A DNA stretch of 59,258 nucleotides, taken from IMG/VR virus record IMGVR_UViG_3300044805_000178, positions 1-59,258 of that record; one strand, 5' to 3'. Made by a program: the position numbers and the translations under genes. The DNA is from a virus. Its lineage: Duplodnaviria > Caudoviricetes. This document shows, one piece after another, positions 53,034 to 59,258 of this stretch (position 1 is its first letter; every line of letters starts with the position of its first letter). A model generated the notes under the pieces. It made no database searches, was not told where the DNA came from, and saw nothing but the letters and a program-made list of their open reading frames with translations.

Positions 53034-53603
53034 TCAATCCCCCCCTTTGATTGTCTTCCAATCGAGGTTGATTGCATCGATGGGGTCTCTTTTCGTGTCT
53101 TTGCTCCACACCGAAATACTTAAGCCTTGTTCCCCCTTGATGATCCAGATATCTGCGTCATCCGCAAATATCCAAACGCTACTCCCTTCCATTCTATACA
53201 TGCCGTCAGCGGCGCATTTGTTAAGCTTGCTCATGTTTCGCCATGTGAAGATTCCAAAGCCAAGGTAGGATTCGGGGTCGAGTCCTTCCTTGTCGAGGAA
53301 GGTGACGAGCATGGCAACCTCCAAGCTGCCCATTGTCGCGTCGATGTTGTCGCCGTCCTCGTCTAGGCCTAGGATCAATCCCCTGCCAGCATAGGGCTGG
53401 TTTGATCCTTTCCAGTTCCAATATTCCTGATCTGCCTTCGGCACAAGCAGGCCTTCGTCATCAAGGAACAGGCTCTGGTCTTCTCCCACCGTCACGGCAG
53501 TGATGAGTTCCACGCCCAGCAGTTCATAAATCTCGGCAAGCTTGCCGCTGGTTTCGATTTCAGAGACTGTGCGTGTAAACGGGTCGATAAGAATTCCGCG
53601 CAT
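53034..53603 (-). CDS. DUF3846-like early protein with an extra C-terminal domain
   Basis: ILIDPF, LFLDDEGL, PYAGRGLILG. Confidence 0.7.
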   Translation of the reverse strand: MRGILIDPFTRTVSEIETSGKLAEIYELLGVELITAVTVGEDQSLFLDDEGLLVPKADQEYWNWKGSNQPYAGRGLILGLDEDGDNIDATMGSLEVAMLVTFLDKEGLDPESYLGFGIFTWRNMSKLNKCAADGMYRMEGSSVWIFADDADIWIIKGEQGLSISVWSKDTKRDPIDAINLDWKTIKGGD

Positions 53604-53692
53604 TTCATTTCCCTTCCATTGGGTCTTTAGTGAAGAATAGGATTGCCATCACTATTCCAACAACAGCGAAATAGGAGAGCGCTGTCATGGTA

Positions 53693-53896
53693 TCATGTGT
53701 CCGGATCTTGAGCCCCGCGTAAATCGCGGGGCTGCTTTTCGTTTGATGCAATGAGGCCAAGCCTGATGAGTTCGTCCTCTATTGCGGTGGGCTCCCATGA
53801 CACTTCCCCAGTGTCGGGGTCTCGCCAGATGTAGTGGGCGAGTTCAAGCCTGTCGTAAGAGGGGCGGAGATGAGAGCAGGGTTCATGCCTCTTCAT
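53693..53896 (-). CDS. Hypothetical early protein
   Basis: Coupled small ORF. Confidence 0.5.
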   Translation of the reverse strand: MKRHEPCSHLRPSYDRLELAHYIWRDPDTGEVSWEPTAIEDELIRLGLIASNEKQPRDLRGAQDPDT

Positions 53897-54068
53897 CGAT
53901 CAGTTCCCCGTAACATGTAAAATCAGATTCCTCATAACTCCAATCAAGACTGAGGCGCTGTGCGTCATCCTGCGCCATGCTCTCAGCCTGATCCAGTGTC
54001 GGGGCTTCGATCCCGATATTGGTCGAGTAGATTTCCGTCTTGTATACAGTGACGATAAATTTCGGCAT
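53883..54068 (-). CDS. Hypothetical early protein
   Basis: SD GGAGG; MPKFIVTV..IEA....AE. Confidence 0.6.
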   Translation of the reverse strand: MPKFIVTVYKTEIYSTNIGIEAPTLDQAESMAQDDAQRLSLDWSYEESDFTCYGELIDEEA

Positions 54069-54070
54069 GT

Positions 54071-54286
54071 TCAGTCCTCCAGTTTCGGTTCAGCGGGGCG
54101 GGGTCCGCAGTTATATGCGTTGTCCTGCCATTGCCTGTAGATATCAGCCATCGCCGGGTCGCTGTGTGCGATAGCAACAAGGCGATCCTCTTCATCCCTG
54201 CCCATGCGATAGACCTCCGGGTCATCGCTCATCATGTAGTGCCAGTCATGAAGGCGGCACTGAGTCCAGTACTTACGAACGTCCAT
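54071..54286 (-). CDS. Hypothetical early protein
   Basis: SD GAGGTG; HDW.Y.MSDD..VY..G. Confidence 0.7.
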   Translation of the reverse strand: MDVRKYWTQCRLHDWHYMMSDDPEVYRMGRDEEDRLVAIAHSDPAMADIYRQWQDNAYNCGPRPAEPKLED

Positions 54287-54374
54287 TTTTCACCTCGTTT
54301 CGATTACATACACCGCGAGAATAATCGCGGCAATTAACATTGCAAGCACTATTATTGTTCTCCTTTTGGTTGAG

Positions 54375-54572
54375 TTATCTCGCGTATTCGCGCAGGCTTT
54401 CAGAGAATCTGAGAAGCACTTTCTTGCCTGCCTTTGGTCTTGTTTCTTTTGCAAGCGCCTCTAAGAGGCGAGCCGTGTGCTTGATTGACTCTGGATTGCT
54501 CCCCATCGCTCGCAATCCATTGATGATAAGAAAGTACCCTTCTAGTGCTTTGTCGTTTTGGTACATTGGCAT
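54375..54572 (-). CDS. Hypothetical early protein
   Basis: ORF between hairpin and promoter-like elements. Confidence 0.45.
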   Translation of the reverse strand: MPMYQNDKALEGYFLIINGLRAMGSNPESIKHTARLLEALAKETRPKAGKKVLLRFSESLREYAR

Positions 54573-54627
54573 TTTTTTTCCCGCTGCGTTAATTTTTTGA
54601 AGCCCCGCAAGCCCCCCGGCGAGGGGA

Positions 54628-55038
54628 TCAATCCAACCGGGAACCAGCCCAACACTCAATTCCTTGAGACAGTAGATAGTCAGCCATAGCACGAGCATGC
54701 GCCGACTTGCGCTCATAGGATTGCTCATAGGCATGGATAGGCAATTCAATCCCCTTGGGATAACCTTTCCTTGCCTTCTTGTGCTTTGCCAGCCATTTCC
54801 CGAAACTGGTATTGCCTGACACATTCACCCATCCAAACTCGCACATTCCTTCCGGCACATAATCAACTAGGGTTCCCTGCGAGTCCGTTACGAGCATGGG
54901 TGCTGGCACACAACTATTGGCTGCATCAATCCCTAATTGCCAAGCAGTTGAGAACAATTCCTCGAATTGCGTATAACGCTTTTCCCGTTCAATTTTTTCC
55001 GCCGCAATCTTTTCGCGCAATGTTTTGAATTCGGTCAT
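54628..55038 (-). CDS. Early phage protein
   Basis: SD AGGAGG; G.C.FGWV..F.KWL..QS.ERK.A.A.A..SRLD. Confidence 0.7.
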   Translation of the reverse strand: MTEFKTLREKIAAEKIEREKRYTQFEELFSTAWQLGIDAANSCVPAPMLVTDSQGTLVDYVPEGMCEFGWVNVSGNTSFGKWLAKHKKARKGYPKGIELPIHAYEQSYERKSAHARAMADYLLSQGIECWAGSRLD

Positions 55039-55127
55039 TTGAACCTCCTGTTTTGTAACGTGTCGATAGTGGCACTTATGCCTTGTTAACACCATGTGGC
55101 AAGTTGCCGCATCCTGTTGTGTACCGC

Positions 55128-55403
55128 CTAGAATATTGAGCCTTCCCGCATTGCGTCACGGTAGTGGTTTATGGTTGTGGGGCTCGCCCACCGCCCGCGT
55201 TTCAAAGGATAGGAACCAAGATCAAAGGCCTTGCTTTTCAGCCATGCTGCAAACATGCGCCCGCGTTCATACTCCCATTGCTCTTTTCCTTTGGTTTTTT
55301 CATTCCAGCCCCGGCCCATTGCGTAGTCACTGAAGCCGTCACGGAATGCGGCGCTGGACAAGGCCTGTTGAATTGTGATGGTTTTGGTTATGGCGTTTTT
55401 CAT
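55128..55403 (-). CDS. Hypothetical early protein
   Basis: AFRDGF.D..QW.YERGR. Confidence 0.65.
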   Translation of the reverse strand: MKNAITKTITIQQALSSAAFRDGFSDYAMGRGWNEKTKGKEQWEYERGRMFAAWLKSKAFDLGSYPLKRGRWASPTTINHYRDAMREGSIF

Positions 55404-55678
55404 GCTTCGTTTTCCGCATATGCCGATTCAATACGCTCGCCAGTGTCGTCACAATACAGCGCCGAATCCTCCCAATTGATATCCATTCCAATGACGCACC
55501 AGCCATCGCTAAGCTTGCCAGCAATTGCTTCAAGTATCGCGCGCCTGTTATTCTGTACTGCGAGCCATGACAGCGCCGCGCCATCGCTGGTAACAAAGTA
55601 ACAGGGATATCCACCCGGCCATGCATACGGGCCATTGCGAATTGCGCGGCGGAAATCTGAGATTGAATTGATATGCAT
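55400..55678 (-). CDS. Early phage protein
   Basis: PYAWPGGYP..DG..L; INWED..LYCD..IESAY. Confidence 0.7.
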   Translation of the reverse strand: MHINSISDFRRAIRNGPYAWPGGYPCYFVTSDGAALSWLAVQNNRRAILEAIAGKLSDGWCVIGMDINWEDSALYCDDTGERIESAYAENEA

Positions 55679-55692
55679 GTTTCTTCCTTTCC

Positions 55693-55992
55693 TTACTTGA
55701 CGCCATAGCAACGGAACAAGCGCGCAATCCGTGCTCTGCTATACTGGGAGAGCTTTGACGGGAAATGCAAGCTATAGTTGGTATAGTCGCCCGTTGCGGG
55801 GCATTGCTCGCCATAGAACGTGAGCCAACGTGCGGCGCTAATGTTGCTATCGCTTGCTTCGCAATAGTCCCATCGTATAGCTTCCCATGCTTCACGCAGG
55901 GTTATTCCTTCCATATGGAAGCCTGACTCCGCGCTATCGCCATTCTCAGCGCTTTCTTCAGTGATTGTTTCAAACGTGATATCGAAAAGCAT
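55693..55992 (-). CDS. Early phage protein
   Basis: FETITEESAENGD.AESGF; SLHF..SRARI. Confidence 0.7.
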   Translation of the reverse strand: MLFDITFETITEESAENGDSAESGFHMEGITLREAWEAIRWDYCEASDSNISAARWLTFYGEQCPATGDYTNYSLHFPSKLSQYSRARIARLFRCYGVK

Positions 55993-56056
55993 AGTTTTCC
56001 CTTTCTTGCCTAGTGTTTGATGGGCCGGAGGAATTGATCCTCCGGCATTTCAAGCA

Positions 56057-56842
56057 CTAACCAACTACAAAGCCTGATTTGTCCTGCTTTGCCTTGCCTT
56101 TGGCATACAAGGCCACAATTGTGGAATTGGCGTCTAAGTGACGGATGTCAGTGTCATCTCCATCTACCACTGGCAAGCCTAGGAATTGTGAGCCATTGGC
56201 AAGCATACCCTCCACAATCCGCCGATTACGGAAAACCACTGCAAGCCGCATCCCATTGCCTTTGGCCATCTCCACAAAGCGCTGGAATTGTGGCGCGCCA
56301 CTGTAGGAAAAGGTAAGGTCATAGTTGGAGGGGATGCCTTTCCGGTTCGGGAGTTTTGTGTAGTCATAAAAAGTTATGTACGGGAAAGCTTGGATTATGC
56401 CGTAGTTTTCCCAGCGAATATCGCTTGTGCCGTTAAGCCTCACAAGCAAGGTATATCCTTGTTTCGCGCATTCATTGGCATAGCGTGCAATGTCGCGCTT
56501 GATCATATCGACGGCCAAAGCCTCAAACTGTAGGAAAAACAGTGTTTTCCGCAAGCGCGCCATCTGAACATTGGACATTGCGCCGCGCCCCGCCGTGTTG
56601 AGGCATGGCGCTTTACACAAGGCAAGCTCTGCCATAGCGCAAACATTGACGCCCGCCATATCAGCCGGAACAAGGTAAAGAATGGCCGTTTTGAAGCCGC
56701 GTGCATTGCCTTTTATGGTTTTGGCATTGCCGTCAAGACGAAGCATGGTTTTCGGGATTTCGGAAAAGAACTTGCGCCACTTGGCGGAGTTCTCAATCAA
56801 TGCGCGCAATTCTGGCGCAAGCTTGCTGAGATTGTAGATCAT
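56057..56842 (-). CDS. GP88-like protein (Cys cluster, radical-SAM-like)
   Basis: NVC......C..PCL..AGRG, RLNGTSD, FYDYTK, Y.LTFS, DGD..D.R.LD. Confidence 0.75.
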   Translation of the reverse strand: MIYNLSKLAPELRALIENSAKWRKFFSEIPKTMLRLDGNAKTIKGNARGFKTAILYLVPADMAGVNVCAMAELALCKAPCLNTAGRGAMSNVQMARLRKTLFFLQFEALAVDMIKRDIARYANECAKQGYTLLVRLNGTSDIRWENYGIIQAFPYITFYDYTKLPNRKGIPSNYDLTFSYSGAPQFQRFVEMAKGNGMRLAVVFRNRRIVEGMLANGSQFLGLPVVDGDDTDIRHLDANSTIVALYAKGKAKQDKSGFVVG

Positions 56843-56906
56843 GTTTTGCCTTCCTTTTGGTTGCGTTTAATGAGCAAGCGCTTGGCGCTTGCCTGTTAAG
56901 CGCAAA

Positions 56907-57044
56907 TTATGACTGGATGGCGCGGATTATTGCCGCCGTGCTGACGTTGGCGAAAAATGCGCCGTTATAAGTCACGAGCCAAGTCGCGCCATTGGTGCCG
57001 AAGCCGTTAAACTGGAAGATGAAGCCGTTCTTTTGAAATTTCAT
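56907..57044 (-). CDS. 45-aa first early ORF (below the ORF-track cutoff)
   Basis: SD AAGG; MKFQKNGFIFQFNGFG... Confidence 0.45.
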   Translation of the reverse strand: MKFQKNGFIFQFNGFGTNGATWLVTYNGAFFANVSTAAIIRAIQS

Positions 57045-57248
57045 TTTCGTGTACCTTGTGTTGTGTTGACGTGTCCAACATGCATTGATCGAAAATTAAT
57101 AGCAACACAATTCTATGCATAGCTGCTATGCGCTGGATGCATAGCTATGGGATATGTGAGGGTAAATGTTACAATTAGGCATAACCATAAGGGGAAGCAA
57201 TTTTTAAGCCCCGGAAAAGCCGCCCGGCGTTTGAGGGGATGGAAGCCC

Positions 57249-57773
57249 ATGAAAGACACAATAGACCACACCAAGCCCAAGCTTGCCTTAGTTGCCAGTG
57301 AAGGGGAGAGCATAGGGAAGGGGAAGCGAAGCGGGAAATTGCCGAATGGCCTAACTGCGAAGCAGGAAGCCTTTTCACAAGCGCTTGCCAGTGGTCTTAG
57401 CAATGCCGATAGCTATCGTGCCGCATATGACGCAACGTCAATGAAAGACAACACAATTCACACAGAAGCAAGTAAGCTTGCGTGCAACCCTGCAATCGCA
57501 AATAGGGTGAGGGAAATATTGGATGGAAAAGCAATTAGGAATAGCATGTTTACGGACAGGCAGCGCGAAAAGCATTCCGACAAGGTTTGGCGCACGCTAT
57601 GGGCTATGGTTGACGCTGCGGAAACGCCGCCCGCCGTCAAAGCAAGCCTTCTGTCCCTAGGTGCAAAAGCCGCCGGAATGCTCACTGAGCAGGTAAGAAT
57701 GGAAACTGTCACCAGTGACGCCAAGAGCATCGAAGCGGAAATACTTGAAAGATTACAAAGGCTTAGTGCATAA
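57249..57773 (+). CDS. terS: Terminase small subunit
   Basis: LTAKQEAF...G.S.ADSYRAAY..ASKL..NP.I..R HTH pattern. Confidence 0.8.
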   Translation: MKDTIDHTKPKLALVASEGESIGKGKRSGKLPNGLTAKQEAFSQALASGLSNADSYRAAYDATSMKDNTIHTEASKLACNPAIANRVREILDGKAIRNSMFTDRQREKHSDKVWRTLWAMVDAAETPPAVKASLLSLGAKAAGMLTEQVRMETVTSDAKSIEAEILERLQRLSA

Positions 57774-58055
57774 ACGCCGTTAATTGCAAATTATCGCATA
57801 GCATTGCAACAGGCGAAGCATGTAAACGCTCGTACAAAACGGGAACAAAAGGGGAACAAAGGCAGAACACCCCTGCCGTGGGCGGGGAACCCGTATGCGC
57901 GCTGAGTCTCGTCATGTGTATAACATAGTATTCCACCCAAACAATCCTTAATTTTTTCAAAAACCCAAGTCTTTCCCTCGCCTTTCACCCCTAAAAACGG
58001 TCGAACATTTCTATTTCAAAAGGGGGGTACGGTATATTTTAAAAAAATACAAACC

Positions 58056-58952
58056 TTGGGGTTGTTCTTCTTGTCTCTCAAATTTTACCTTCCAAGGACA
58101 AGGGCATTGGCTCTGTCTGTTGGTTCTGACCGTTACTTCACATTCTCTCGTTGCGTCAATGGGCACGACTTTCCAAGAAGATCGTCTGACGGAAGATGCC
58201 TTGCTTGCGTCAAGGAAAGAAAAAGGAGATGGGCGCGCAGTGCGGCTGGGAAGGCATCCGCACAAAAAAGCAGACTAAAACAGCAAAACAAACCCAGAAA
58301 AAAAATCAACCGCGAGTTTATCATCGTTGAGGAGTTTTTGGGCCTACCCATTTCAAAGAGGGAGGCTAAGTCTTCGGGCGTCAGAAGATATTACACGGGC
58401 AAGCCTTGTAAAAATGGGCATCTTGAATATCGGGATATCAAGCATGGCTGTCGCGGATGTAGGCGCGAGAAGGAGAGGGCCCAGAAAAAGACAGAGAAGG
58501 GCAGGGAAGTAAGGAAGAGGTATCTTGCCACTCCGAAGGGAATGGCGGCGAAAGCACTTCAGAAGAAAAGGTGCTTGGAGAGAATTAAGGCAGACCCTGT
58601 TCTTTTCGAGGCTTACAAGGCCAAGCAAAAGGAACGCAAGAGAAGATACCTCGCCACCTCATCTGGGAAAGCTTCCCAGAAGCGGAAAAGTTTCTTTAAT
58701 GAAGAAAAGATAAGGCTTGCAACCCCGAAGTGGTGTGACAAGACTACCATTAATAATTTCATTTCAAACTGCCCCGAAGGCCACCATGTCGATCACATCA
58801 TCCCTCTCCGAGGCGGCACTGTTTGGGGTTTAAACATCCCCGAAAATCTCCAATATCTCCCGGCAAAAGAAAACATCCTCAAATCCAACAAGGTCGATCC
58901 TCTTTCCCTCGAAGCTGTTGTTTGCGTGCTGCCTGCATACCGAAGCTATTGA
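58056..58952 (+). CDS. HNH homing endonuclease (start uncertain)
   Basis: Two Y.TG..C..GH...R....C..C repeats; ATPKW; HHVDHIIPL..V.GL..PENLQ..N..K.N. Confidence 0.85.
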   Translation: MGLFFLSLKFYLPRTRALALSVGSDRYFTFSRCVNGHDFPRRSSDGRCLACVKERKRRWARSAAGKASAQKSRLKQQNKPRKKINREFIIVEEFLGLPISKREAKSSGVRRYYTGKPCKNGHLEYRDIKHGCRGCRREKERAQKKTEKGREVRKRYLATPKGMAAKALQKKRCLERIKADPVLFEAYKAKQKERKRRYLATSSGKASQKRKSFFNEEKIRLATPKWCDKTTINNFISNCPEGHHVDHIIPLRGGTVWGLNIPENLQYLPAKENILKSNKVDPLSLEAVVCVLPAYRSY

Positions 58953-58988
58953 TTTTTGTTTTGGCAGGTTGTGATTTAAAATTATGTC

Positions 58989-59258
58989 ATGGCGAGCAAG
59001 CAAAAAACAAAAAAGATGAAGCGCATGCGTGGCGGTGGAATGACCACACCAAGCACTTCAAAAGGCCCCGGCGGTGGCATGATGGGTGGTTCTGGCTCTG
59101 GTGGTCCGTCCAGAACGGCACCATCAAAAGCATCCTCCAGCAGCCCCGCGTCGAGCAAATCCACATCAAAACCTTCACCATCAGGCAGTGGTAACAAGTC
59201 CGGTGTTGGCGGCGGAGGTGGAGGTGGTGGCGGTGGCTCCACAGGATCTCGCGGTTCC
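58989..59258 (+). CDS. 5' part of the junction-spanning basic protein
   Basis: MASKQKTKKMKRMRGGGM...; open to the contig end and continues at position 2. Confidence 0.8.
   Translation, partial: MASKQKTKKMKRMRGGGMTTPSTSKGPGGGMMGGSGSGGPSRTAPSKASSSSPASSKSTSKPSPSGSGNKSGVGGGGGGGGGGSTGSRGS
59090..59258. repeat. Terminal redundancy (right copy, 123 bp shorter)
   Basis: Matches 1-126 joined to 250-292. Confidence 0.95.

Noticed and set aside
1-59258. Stop-codon reassignment, reverse transcriptase/DGR, or phage DNA/RNA polymerase
   Set aside because: Genes are intact in the standard code, and no RT or polymerase motifs were seen in any ORF

Overview
The window looks like one complete, circularly permuted tailed-phage genome of about 59.1 kb. 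Bases 1-126 recur at 59090-59215, and one gene runs across the junction. The architecture is podovirus-like. A long + strand arm (57.2 kb through the junction to 38.7 kb) carries TerS, Lys/Arg-rich proteins, tRNA-Thr, TerL, portal, GroES, scaffold, a Mu-gpT-like major capsid protein, fibres, lysis genes, and ejection/polyvalent proteins. A - strand arm (38.7-46.8 kb) carries a tyrosine recombinase, GcrA-like, HD hydrolase, C5 methylase, SSB-like, ERF and Cas4-like genes. A + strand replication block has RusA, an HNH nuclease and a T7 gp4-like primase-helicase, with no DNA polymerase seen. A - strand early region spans 53-57 kb. The GcrA-like gene suggests an alphaproteobacterial host (inference). 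Best candidates for novel biology: (1) a ~330-nt highly base-paired non-coding element with an upstream promoter-like sequence, directly before an HNH nuclease gene (47598-48708); (2) a recurring [MFYL]-x-x-G-G peptide motif largely restricted to basic and ejection-type virion proteins; (3) a two-frame nested C5 methyltransferase; (4) further structured RNAs and a repeated TGAGTGCCGT operator-like motif. All family and DUF assignments come from motif recognition by eye; no searches or folding programs were run.
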